In this document: positions 36,666-44,631 of the stretch, in pieces
How the letters are laid out: each line of letters starts with the position of its first letter
Position numbering within the stretch: position 1 is the first letter of the stretch
Origin: Chthoniobacterales bacterium
GTDB lineage: Bacteria; Verrucomicrobiota; Verrucomicrobiia; Chthoniobacterales; UBA10450
DNA length: 64,000 nucleotides
Assembly: GCA_051005695.1 (NCBI GenBank)
Contig: JBPCJC010000046.1
Coordinates: 106,772 to 170,771 of the forward strand
Direction: 5' to 3'
Notes under the pieces: generated by a model
What the model saw: the letters and a program-made list of their open reading frames with translations, nothing else
What the model was told of the DNA's origin: nothing
Databases searched by the model: none
Program-made: the position numbers and the translations under genes

Positions 36666-37649
36666 GTGGTGCGCGGCGCGATTATCGGTTTCGGGCAGGT
36701 CGCGGAGCACGGCCATCTGCCGGGCTACGCGCAAACATCGGAAGTGCAGATCGTCGCGGTGGTCGATCCCGCGGAAGCGCGCCGCGCCCGTGCGCAGGAG
36801 TTGATTCCAGGGGTCGCGACCGTTTCCACCCTCGCAGAGTTGTCCGCGCGGCTGATTGATTTCGTGGATATTTGCACGCCCCCGGCGATGCATGGCGAGG
36901 CCATCCTGACGGCTTTGGAACACGGATGGGACGTGCTTTGCGAAAAACCGTTGCTGCTCGATTTGGCGGAAATGGAACAGGTGCGCGAGGCCGCAGCGAC
37001 GTCCGGCCGTGCGGTCGTGCCGGTGCACAATTGGAAGTACGCACTAGTCGTTAGGCGCGCGACCGCGGCGCTCCGAGCGGGCGCGATCGGCGAGCTACGG
37101 CAGATCGAAATCGAAACGATTCGCACAGAAGATTGCGCGGTGGCGGACCCGGCGCGGCCGAATTGGCGGCGCGACCCGGCGATCGCGGGGGGCGGGATTC
37201 TCACGGATCACGGCTGGCACGCGATCTATCTCGCGCTGCATTGGTTCGGCGATGTGCCAACGGAAGTGAGCGCTATTCTGCGACGCGCTAGTCCTGCGAC
37301 CGTCGAAAACGAAGCCCGACTAACTCTCGGGTTTCCAAATGGCGAAGCCCGAATTTTCCTGACTTGGACGGGAGCGCACCGCCGAAACGCGATTCGTTTC
37401 GTCGGTGAAAAAGCGCGAATGACGATCGATGACGACGTGCTCGAACTCGGAGACGAATCAATCAAGTTTGTCCCCGCGCTCTCGGCCGGCTCGCATCACC
37501 CGGATTGGTTCGCCGCCATGCTACCGGACGTGCTCGCCAGTTTTCGTGAACCCGCCCAGGCGCGCGCCGCCTTCGAGGAAGCGGGTCGTTGTCTCGCGAT
37601 TCTGCGCGCCGCCTACGAGACCGCCAGCTGGGAAACCACGACTCGTTAG
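36666..37649 (+). CDS. Gfo/Idh/MocA-family NAD(P)-dependent oxidoreductase.
   Basis: The N-terminus VVRGAIIGFGQVAEHGHLPGY fits a Rossmann fold. EKPL motif: VLCEKPLLLDLAEM. The TAG stop lies inside a CTCGTTAGGC motif copy. Confidence 0.85.
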   Translation: MVRGAIIGFGQVAEHGHLPGYAQTSEVQIVAVVDPAEARRARAQELIPGVATVSTLAELSARLIDFVDICTPPAMHGEAILTALEHGWDVLCEKPLLLDLAEMEQVREAAATSGRAVVPVHNWKYALVVRRATAALRAGAIGELRQIEIETIRTEDCAVADPARPNWRRDPAIAGGGILTDHGWHAIYLALHWFGDVPTEVSAILRRASPATVENEARLTLGFPNGEARIFLTWTGAHRRNAIRFVGEKARMTIDDDVLELGDESIKFVPALSAGSHHPDWFAAMLPDVLASFREPAQARAAFEEAGRCLAILRAAYETASWETTTR

Positions 37650-37665
37650 GCTACACTCGTTAGGC
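37642..37665 (+). repeat. Two direct copies of CTCGTTAGGC, 14 bp apart, at a convergent gene junction.
   Basis: Sequence actcgttaggctacactcgttaggcg. Copy 1 (37642..37651) contains both the TAG stop of the + gene (37647..37649) and the complement of the TAA stop of the - gene (37646..37648). Confidence 0.95.
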
Positions 37666-39025
37666 GGGCGGAGTTTTGTTCGCGCACGAACGTATCCGAG
37701 AGAATGTTCAGAGCTTCGTCCAAGTCGGCGCGTGTATGATTGGCCGTGACGCAGGCGCGGAAGCAAATGCGGTCCTGCGGGACGGCGGGATAATCCACCG
37801 GCGCGACAAACAAACCGCGCTGCCGTAATTCGTGACCGAGCCGGTACATCCGTCCGCGATCACCAACGATCAGCGGCATGATGTAGGTGGATGAGGCGCC
37901 AGTATCGATGCCGAGGCCGTGCAGTTGCATCCGAAAGTAGTCGGCGTTTTCCCACAGACGCGTGCGCAATTGCGGCTCGCGCTGCGCGATCTCGAGGGCC
38001 TTCAAAATTGCCCCGACAACCACGGTCGGTAGCGCGCAGGAGTAAGTGTAGGAGTGTGCGTAATAACGCAGGTAATCGAGCGTCTCCTTCGGCCCAGCGA
38101 CGAAACCACCGAGCGCGCCGAATGCCTTCGAGAACGTTCCGTAAATCATCGGGATGCGATTTTCGACTGCGCAATGCTCGGCCGCGCCACGTCCGTGTTC
38201 GCCACAGGCGAGGATGGAGTGCGCTTCATCGATGAAGACGCTGGCCTCATGCGCTTCGGCCACGGAAAGCAGACGCTCGAGATCGGCGAAGTCGCCGTCC
38301 ATCGAATAGATTCCTTCCACGATCACGAGTTGCCGTTTGCCCTTACGCTTTCGCAACGCTTCGTCGAGCGAGGCGGGATCGTTGTGCTCGAAACGCCCCA
38401 GCCGCGAGCGCGACAGGACCGCGCCGTCGCGCAGGCTCAGATGGGAACGATCATCCATGATGGCGACGTCGCTTTTGCGGAGTAATCCCGAGATCACCCC
38501 GAGCGCGCCGCCGAAGCCGCTATTGAAAAGCATCGCATCTTCGCGCCCGAGGAAATCTGCGACCGCGCGTTCGAGTTTGCGATGGAGATCGGTCATGCCG
38601 GAAAGCATCGGCGAACCGCACGCGCCCATGCCGTACTTGTTGAGCGCGGCGGCGGCAGCGGCGACCACTTCCGGGTGATTGGCCAGGCCAAGATAATTGT
38701 AGGAGCAAAGATTGACCACCGACCGCGATTTGCCGTCGTAGTTGAGCGCGGTGCGGGCGTCGGCGCTGTCGAGCAGTTCGGGCTCATAGAGTGTGGCTTC
38801 CCACGCGCCGCCTTTTCGCCATTCGGTGAAGGCGGCCGGCGGGATCAGTGGATCCTTACTATCGCCCACCACGAAGTCCCCCAGGCTAAGTCCGGCGTTG
38901 AATTCGGATTCGCGCTCGGGGATTGGCTCGCCGTTCATCAGGACGAGTTTGGATGGAAGTGGGGACGAACTCAACGCCATTGCTGCCCTAACCTGCCATC
39001 TTTCTGCGATTTTAAAAATCGCCAC
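37646..39025 (-). CDS. Alpha-oxoamine synthase family PLP enzyme (serine palmitoyltransferase / KBL / BioF-like) with an N-terminal extension.
   Basis: NLCSYNYLGLANHPEV. DEAHSILACGEHGRG. PLP-lysine motif: GTFSKAFGALGGFVAG. About 460 aa, longer than typical BioF. Alternative start at the Met encoded at 38980. Confidence 0.8.
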   Translation of the reverse strand: MAIFKIAERWQVRAAMALSSSPLPSKLVLMNGEPIPERESEFNAGLSLGDFVVGDSKDPLIPPAAFTEWRKGGAWEATLYEPELLDSADARTALNYDGKSRSVVNLCSYNYLGLANHPEVVAAAAAALNKYGMGACGSPMLSGMTDLHRKLERAVADFLGREDAMLFNSGFGGALGVISGLLRKSDVAIMDDRSHLSLRDGAVLSRSRLGRFEHNDPASLDEALRKRKGKRQLVIVEGIYSMDGDFADLERLLSVAEAHEASVFIDEAHSILACGEHGRGAAEHCAVENRIPMIYGTFSKAFGALGGFVAGPKETLDYLRYYAHSYTYSCALPTVVVGAILKALEIAQREPQLRTRLWENADYFRMQLHGLGIDTGASSTYIMPLIVGDRGRMYRLGHELRQRGLFVAPVDYPAVPQDRICFRACVTANHTRADLDEALNILSDTFVREQNSARLTSVA

Positions 39026-39094
39026 AAACAGACGCGCCGGCCGGCGTTCGAATCGTCGCTTATCCGCACGAACACGATTCGCCTAACGAGACCT

Positions 39095-39754
39095 TCAGGC
39101 GTTCCCGCGCTTCAATCGACCACGAACCACGACCAAACCAGTCGTTCCGAAGGCGAGAAGAGCGAGCGTGCTCCCGGTCTCCGGCACCGCGGCTTGACGG
39201 TTCGGATCGCGAATCACGTAATCCTGCCCCGGCCCCGTCAGCGCGGTCAAAATCGCCATCGGCCCCGTGTAAGTCGTCACCTGAGTGAGGAGCGCACCGG
39301 CGCCGTAATCGAATCCGAGGAGGGAAAAATTCGAGCCGCCGACAATTTCCCAAAGCGCAATTTGGAAGCCTGCCGCTTGCGACGCGGTCATGCTTGGAGA
39401 GTAAGCCATCCCCCAAAGTCTGCTGATCAGGAGGGCCTTGTCCGCGCCCATCGTGCCCGGGGGCTTGGGTGCGAGCGCGAGACTCGTAAAGGAATAACCG
39501 GTTGAACTCGACAGACTGAAATGAAAGGGATCGATGCAGAATGCGTTTGTGGCCAGGCCGTCGACGAGCAATTGATTGATCCCCGCAAGCACCGGGCCGG
39601 TATAAGTGCCACTCGGCGTATTGATGCCGGTCACGGAAATGTTGACGACGTGATAGGGAGTAATCCCGACTTCTTGGACGAGGATGGCTTGCGCTGGGAT
39701 GGCGGCACCGACGAGCGAAGCAAGGAGTGCCAGATGGCTCATATGGAATTTCAT
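39095..39754 (-). CDS. PEP-CTERM sorting-domain secreted protein.
   Basis: Signal peptide: MKFHMSHLALLASLVGAAIPAQA. C-terminus VPETGSTLALLAFGTTGLVVVRGRLKRGNA has the PE motif, a TM helix and a basic tail. Confidence 0.8.
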   Translation of the reverse strand: MKFHMSHLALLASLVGAAIPAQAILVQEVGITPYHVVNISVTGINTPSGTYTGPVLAGINQLLVDGLATNAFCIDPFHFSLSSSTGYSFTSLALAPKPPGTMGADKALLISRLWGMAYSPSMTASQAAGFQIALWEIVGGSNFSLLGFDYGAGALLTQVTTYTGPMAILTALTGPGQDYVIRDPNRQAAVPETGSTLALLAFGTTGLVVVRGRLKRGNA

Positions 39755-39802
39755 ACGCGCTATGGTTTATCTGAGTCGACCCACAAAAGGCAAGCATTTT
39801 TT

Positions 39803-39829
39803 GATAATATCAGTGCGGACTATATTATC
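39803..39829. promoter_or_regulatory. Perfect 8-bp inverted repeat (GATAATAT-N11-ATATTATC) in an AT-rich island about 50 bp upstream of the PEP-CTERM gene.
   Basis: gataatat at 39803..39810 and atattatc at 39822..39829. The surrounding sequence ttttttgataatatcagtgcggactatattatccatac is strongly AT-rich relative to the window. Confidence 0.4.
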
Positions 39830-39935
39830 CATACAGTCCTCGGTCCCGCGTCATCCCAAATTTCTCAGGCGTGCGAAAACACTGCCGCCGGCATCGACCG
39901 CTATCCCCGCGACGCAGCGGAACTTCCAAACATGA

Positions 39936-40011
39936 TGGCGACCCTAACGGGATTCGAACCCGTGTTACCGCCGTGAAAGGGCGGTGTCCTAGGCCACTGG
40001 ACGATAGGGTC
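39936..40011 (-). tRNA. tRNA-Glu (anticodon UUC), CCA encoded.
   Basis: The reverse complement reads GACCCTATCGTCCAGTGGCCTAGGACACCGCCCTTTCACGGCGGTAACACGGGTTCGAATCCCGTTAGGGTCGCCA. Acceptor stem GACCCTA/TAGGGTC; anticodon stem CCGCC/GGCGG with loop CTTTCAC; T-loop GGTTCGAATCC. Close to the E. coli tRNA-Glu core. Confidence 0.93.
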
Positions 40012-40067
40012 GGAAGCCGGGCAATATCAGAAGCGCCATCGCGCCTTGCAAGTTATTTGGCGCCGCT

Positions 40068-41378
40068 TCAGCGATCATCGCGCGGCTGCGCGCCTAACGA
40101 AAGCAACAACTTTGCCGTCCGCGCAGTCGCGCCGCGATGGACTGCCAGCACACGCTCCGCATTTGCCACCAAGCGTTCCGCCGACGCCGGCTCGCGGAGT
40201 AATTCCGCGACACGTCCACGAAGCTCTTCGGCATTGCGGATTTCCAGCGCGGCTCCGTTCGCCAAGAGACTCCACGCGAGGGTGGCAAAGTTTTCCATGT
40301 GCGGCCCGAAGACAACCGGCTTGCCGGACAGAATCGGTTCCACCGGGTTTTGTCCGCCGTGAGCGCTCAGACTCTTGCCGATGAAAACCGCGGTCGCGAC
40401 GCTATACCAATTCCGGAGTTCGCCAGTGGTGTCGAGCAGCAGGCAATCGGGAATCGACGCCGCGCTCGCTTGCGGAGAGTGGCTGCGCAAGGCGATCTTC
40501 AAGCCCAGTGTTTCCAGCTGCTCGCGTATCTCCGCGGTTCGCTCCGCGTGACGCGCGGCGATGATCAAAACCAACTCCGGGAACTCCGCGCGCAACTCCT
40601 GGAAAACCCGCGCGAGAATTATTTCCTCGCCCGGATGTGTGCTGCCGCCGAAAAGAACCGGCCGGCGCGAATCAATTCCAAAACCGCGCAGGATCTCCGC
40701 GGGCACGACCGACGTTTCAGGTTCTTCCACCGGGTCGTATTTGATGCTGCCAACGAGTGCGATCCGGTTTCGATCGACACCGAGATTCGCCCAACGCTCG
40801 AGGTCCACAGCTTCCTGCGCGCAGACCAAATCCAGACACCGAAATGTGGGCGCGACGATGGCGCGGAAGCGCCGAAAGCGCCGCTCCGATCGCGCGGATA
40901 ATCGAGCATTCACCAGCGCAATCGGGATGCGGCGATGGCGCGCTTCCGCGGCGATGTTCGGCCAGACTTCCGCTTCGACGAGGATAATGCGCTGCGGGCG
41001 AATCAGACGCAACGCGCGGTGCACGATCGGCCAAAAATCTAGCGGGTTGTACAAGACTTCCATCCACTTGATCGCCTCGTTTTCCGCGACGGCGAAACCT
41101 GTGGTCGTGGTGGTGGTAAGGACACAATAAAAGCTCGGATCGAGTGCGCGTAATTCCTTCGCGAGCTTCAACGCGATCGCCACTTCACCCACGCTGACCG
41201 CATGAATCCAGGTGCGCGCTTGCGCTCCGATTCTTCGGCGCACTTCTGGTCGATAAATCGCGAAACGCTGGCCGAAGTTGCGCCGATAATTTCCGCGCCG
41301 CCGCATCTTCAAAAGATAGTCGGGCAGGAAAAAAAGCAGCACGACCGGAAAGAGCAGATTGTAGAGCAGCCGGATCAT
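40068..41378 (-). CDS. waaA: 3-deoxy-D-manno-octulosonic acid (Kdo) transferase.
   Basis: N-terminal membrane anchor: MIRLLYNLLFPVVLLFFLPDYL. Signature: WIHAVSVGEVAIALKLAKEL. About 430 aa, GT30 length. Confidence 0.85.
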   Translation of the reverse strand: MIRLLYNLLFPVVLLFFLPDYLLKMRRRGNYRRNFGQRFAIYRPEVRRRIGAQARTWIHAVSVGEVAIALKLAKELRALDPSFYCVLTTTTTTGFAVAENEAIKWMEVLYNPLDFWPIVHRALRLIRPQRIILVEAEVWPNIAAEARHRRIPIALVNARLSARSERRFRRFRAIVAPTFRCLDLVCAQEAVDLERWANLGVDRNRIALVGSIKYDPVEEPETSVVPAEILRGFGIDSRRPVLFGGSTHPGEEIILARVFQELRAEFPELVLIIAARHAERTAEIREQLETLGLKIALRSHSPQASAASIPDCLLLDTTGELRNWYSVATAVFIGKSLSAHGGQNPVEPILSGKPVVFGPHMENFATLAWSLLANGAALEIRNAEELRGRVAELLREPASAERLVANAERVLAVHRGATARTAKLLLSLGAQPRDDR

Positions 41379-41956
41379 TCGGCTTCGGTCATGCGATCAT
41401 TCCGCGGCGCGGCGTGCTCCAAGAACAACACTTCCGTCGCGCCATAGGTTTTCGCGCGTGCCACCTGCCAGATGGTGGCAAAGACTCCCTCGCCGGGGCG
41501 TTTTTCGAGCACGAAAGTTCCAGAAGGCTCGAGCAACTCCGCCAGCCGTTTATTTTCCAGCAGCATCCTGGTGAACACCCCGCCACTCTTGGATTTTTCA
41601 TACGGCGGATCGGCAAAAATAAGATCGAACCTCTCGTTAGGCGAGCCGGCCGCGAGAAAGGCAAAAACTTCCTGGCGGCGAATTGTCCCGCGCACTTTTG
41701 TCCGCCGAAAATTGCGCTCGATCGCTGCCGCGGCCGCAAGATTGTCCTCCACAAAAACTGCGGAGGCCGCCCCGCGACTGAGCGCTTCGATCCCGAGCGC
41801 ACCGGTGCCGGCGAAGAGATCGAGCACGCGCGCGCCGATGACCTCATCACCGAGGCTGGAAAAAATTGCCGCCTTCACTCGATCCATCGTCGGCCGGATA
41901 TCGGACTTGGGCACATCGAGCCGAAGACCGCCGGCGCTTCCGGCGATCACTCTCAT
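41375..41956 (-). CDS. rsmD: 16S rRNA (guanine966-N2)-methyltransferase RsmD.
   Basis: MRVIAGSAGGLRLDVPKSDIRPTMDRVKAAIFSSLG. SAM motif: VLDLFAGTGALGIEALSRGA. DPPY motif: IFADPPYEK. Confidence 0.88.
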   Translation of the reverse strand: MRVIAGSAGGLRLDVPKSDIRPTMDRVKAAIFSSLGDEVIGARVLDLFAGTGALGIEALSRGAASAVFVEDNLAAAAAIERNFRRTKVRGTIRRQEVFAFLAAGSPNERFDLIFADPPYEKSKSGGVFTRMLLENKRLAELLEPSGTFVLEKRPGEGVFATIWQVARAKTYGATEVLFLEHAAPRNDRMTEAE

Positions 41957-43536
41957 GGCGTGGGCAGCGCGGCCGGGGAATCGGGTGCAAGCGCCGGCTC
42001 GGCCGGTGTCTCCAACTCGCCCGGCGGCGCCCGCGGACTGGTCGGTGCAGCCGGTAATGGTGCCGCCTCCAGGATTTTCTTTTTGCGCAAACGATGCTCG
42101 CGACTGCCGCCTAACAAGCTGTTGATCACGCCGCCAAGATCGTTCAGATCGTGGCCGACCAGTTTCGCCATCAGGTTCGTCTTCGGTCGCTCCAGCGTTC
42201 CGGTAACCTGGAAACCAACCGCGGCGAAACCCGCCTCTGCGATTGGCCGAAAATGCTCGCGCAAGCCGCCGAAGAGTTGGCCACGAATTCTTTCGCTGAT
42301 CGCCAGTTGCGATTCGAGTTTCATCCGCCCGCGAAAATCAATCGTCCCGTTCGCCGACAAGCGGATGTTCGGCGAAGCCAACAACAATTCATCGACCATG
42401 ATTACGTCCGGCTCGATGTGAAATTTCATTTCGGCTTGATCGAGGTGCAGTTGGTTGAGTTCGTCGATTTGCAGTAATTGCCCGAGCGCCACCAAGAGGT
42501 TCAATTGCCGCACTTCGCCGTCGCGTAAATAAATTTCCCCAGCGCCCGCGAGTGCGTTCGGGTTCGCGGTCTTGCCAGTCGCTTCGAGCCGGCCTTCGAT
42601 CCGGCCCTGCACCATGCCTTGGGGTCCGCCCGCTTCGGTCACGACCCGGTCGGCCTGCAATTCGTGGAACGCGACTTTCGCGGTGAAAGGCGAATCCGCT
42701 TCCGACGGGCGAACGGAAAATTCTCCGGTAATTTGCCCGCCGCCCGCGTGCGCGGTGATCTTCGAAAAACTGAGCTGCGCCGGGTCGTAGATCACCGGCG
42801 ACTTGAGCTCGTTGAGAAAAAAACGATCGCGCAAAGAGATCCGGGCAATACTGGCGTCGCCTCGGAGCTCGTTGGAATTTCGCAAACTGGAGCGAAAATG
42901 AACGCCCTCAAAAGTCGCCACCGGCCGGCCGGTCATGTCGAGGAAATGAAAATTCCCACCGGTCAATTTCACGCGCTTAACTTCGGGCGTGAATCCGCTC
43001 GCCGCGTTTTCCTCCGCGTTGGCGGGCTTCGAATTCGCGGCCGGCGCGACGCCGGTTTGCGCAGTGGCGGCGGCGGAATTCCCCGACACCGCCGCGGCGG
43101 GTGGATTCACCGGCGGTTGCGCGGGCGTTGCTGGTTCTTCCGGAATCGGCCTTGAGGGCAGGCGCCATTTTCCATTCTTGTTTTGCGCCCAAACGACGTT
43201 CGGATTGACCAGCGCGATCTCGTTAATGATCAAACGCCCGGAGAAAATCGAGCCCAACCGAACGCGCAAACGAAAGGTATCGGCGCGCAAAAAATCGCCC
43301 GCAGCCGCTTCATCCCCCTGAGGCATGGTGATGCCTGTGAGCTTGAGCCCGAACCACGGCGTCACGCTGATCCTGCGGATCTTCAGGGTCGTCCCGAGCC
43401 GCTGGCTGAGTTCCTGCTGAATCCTCTCTTGTGTCCCGTGCGACTGCACATACAGATTCACCGCCAGCAAAGCCATGGCCAGAAGCGCGACGAGCGCGCC
43501 CGCAGAAATAAGGGCGATTCGCCACAGCTTTTTCAC
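41953..43536 (-). CDS. AsmA-family outer-membrane biogenesis protein.
   Basis: N-terminal anchor: MKKLWRIALISAGALVALLAMALLAV. Repetitive beta-rich body. Operon context with waaA/rsmD (overlapping stops and starts). Confidence 0.6.
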   Translation of the reverse strand: MKKLWRIALISAGALVALLAMALLAVNLYVQSHGTQERIQQELSQRLGTTLKIRRISVTPWFGLKLTGITMPQGDEAAAGDFLRADTFRLRVRLGSIFSGRLIINEIALVNPNVVWAQNKNGKWRLPSRPIPEEPATPAQPPVNPPAAAVSGNSAAATAQTGVAPAANSKPANAEENAASGFTPEVKRVKLTGGNFHFLDMTGRPVATFEGVHFRSSLRNSNELRGDASIARISLRDRFFLNELKSPVIYDPAQLSFSKITAHAGGGQITGEFSVRPSEADSPFTAKVAFHELQADRVVTEAGGPQGMVQGRIEGRLEATGKTANPNALAGAGEIYLRDGEVRQLNLLVALGQLLQIDELNQLHLDQAEMKFHIEPDVIMVDELLLASPNIRLSANGTIDFRGRMKLESQLAISERIRGQLFGGLREHFRPIAEAGFAAVGFQVTGTLERPKTNLMAKLVGHDLNDLGGVINSLLGGSREHRLRKKKILEAAPLPAAPTSPRAPPGELETPAEPALAPDSPAALPTP

Positions 43537-43592
43537 CCGGCAAGGTTACGCAGCGCCCGTTTGAAGCAAAGATAAAGGCCCACGCAGAGAGC

Positions 43593-44456
43593 TTGAAAAA
43601 CACCCTCGTCATCCTCAATCCCGCGGCTCGCGGCGAGCGCGCTTATCGTTTGCGCGCGCGCGTCGAAGCGCTCACCAGCGGAGCGGTTTTGCGTTCAACT
43701 TCTACCTGGGGCGAAGCCGAATCGCTCGCGCGCGCCGCGGTCGAGGAAGGATTCGATAACGTGGTCGCGGCCGGCGGCGACGGCACCGTCAACGAAGTCG
43801 TAAACGGTATCGCCGGCACCGATGCCGCGCTCGGCCTTCTGCCACTCGGCACGATGAACGTCTTCGCCACCGAACTCGGCCTGCCCGGCAACGATCTCGG
43901 GCGTTGCTGGGAAATCATCCAGAACGCGCAAACCCGCCGCGTCGATCTCCCGAGCGCGAATGGAAAACATTTCGTCCAGCTCGCCGGCGTCGGCTTCGAC
44001 GCGCAGGTGGTGAAAGAAACCAGCCTCGCGCTCAAGCGCAGTTTCGGCCCGCTCAGTTATATCATGTCGGCCGCACAGATCGCCGCCCGTCAACCACCGC
44101 GTTTACGGATCGAATCCGCCGACGCGGTCACCGAAGAAGGCTCGTTCGTCCTCGTCGGCAACGGCCGGCTTTACGGCGGACGTTTCCCGTTTTTCAAACA
44201 AGCGGTGCTCGATGATGGCCTGCTCGACGTCCTCGTCTTCAAACGCCTGAACTACGTCGAGATCATTCGCTACCTGCAGGACGTAATCTTCAGTTCCCAA
44301 ATCACCTCGCCGGAAGTGGAATATTTTCAAACCAGCGCGCTCCGGGTGACGAGCGAAACCGACGTCCCGGTGGAAGTCGACGGCGAGCTGATCGGCAATT
44401 GCCCGGTGGAATTTAAAATTCTCAACCGCGGCTTGCGCGTCTGCGTGCCGGCCTGA
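43593..44456 (+). CDS. Diacylglycerol-kinase-family lipid kinase (YegS/BmrU-like).
   Basis: LVILNPAARG. DAGK catalytic motif: VVAAGGDGTVNEVVNG. LGLLPLGTMNVFA. Confidence 0.85.
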   Translation: MKNTLVILNPAARGERAYRLRARVEALTSGAVLRSTSTWGEAESLARAAVEEGFDNVVAAGGDGTVNEVVNGIAGTDAALGLLPLGTMNVFATELGLPGNDLGRCWEIIQNAQTRRVDLPSANGKHFVQLAGVGFDAQVVKETSLALKRSFGPLSYIMSAAQIAARQPPRLRIESADAVTEEGSFVLVGNGRLYGGRFPFFKQAVLDDGLLDVLVFKRLNYVEIIRYLQDVIFSSQITSPEVEYFQTSALRVTSETDVPVEVDGELIGNCPVEFKILNRGLRVCVPA

Positions 44457-44631
44457 AGTGGCCTTGCAGGACCCACAGGCCTAACGAGACCAAAAGCAGC
44501 ATGACGGTCGCCGGCTCCGGCACCACCACCGCGCTCAAGCCGAGCAGCTGCAAATTCCCTCCGATTGCTCCGACCGGTGTCAGCCGACCAGTCGTTAGGT
44601 CGACCGTGTAGAAGACGGCGGAATTGGCCAA
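44422..44631 (-). pseudogene. Probable remnant of the 3' end of a PEP-CTERM protein gene.
   Basis: The 69-aa ORF ...FYTVDLTTGRLTPVGAIGGNLQLLGLSAVVVPEPATVMLLLVSLGLW... carries a VPEP + TM motif but no signal peptide or body. It overlaps the stop of the lipid kinase gene and contains two copies of the dispersed motif core. Confidence 0.3.

Noticed and set aside
39941-39949. ACCCTAACGG within the tRNA-Glu gene resembles the dispersed motif core.
   Set aside because: It differs at the key positions (CCCTAACGG rather than GCCTAACGAG) and is explained by the conserved tRNA acceptor and T-arm sequence.
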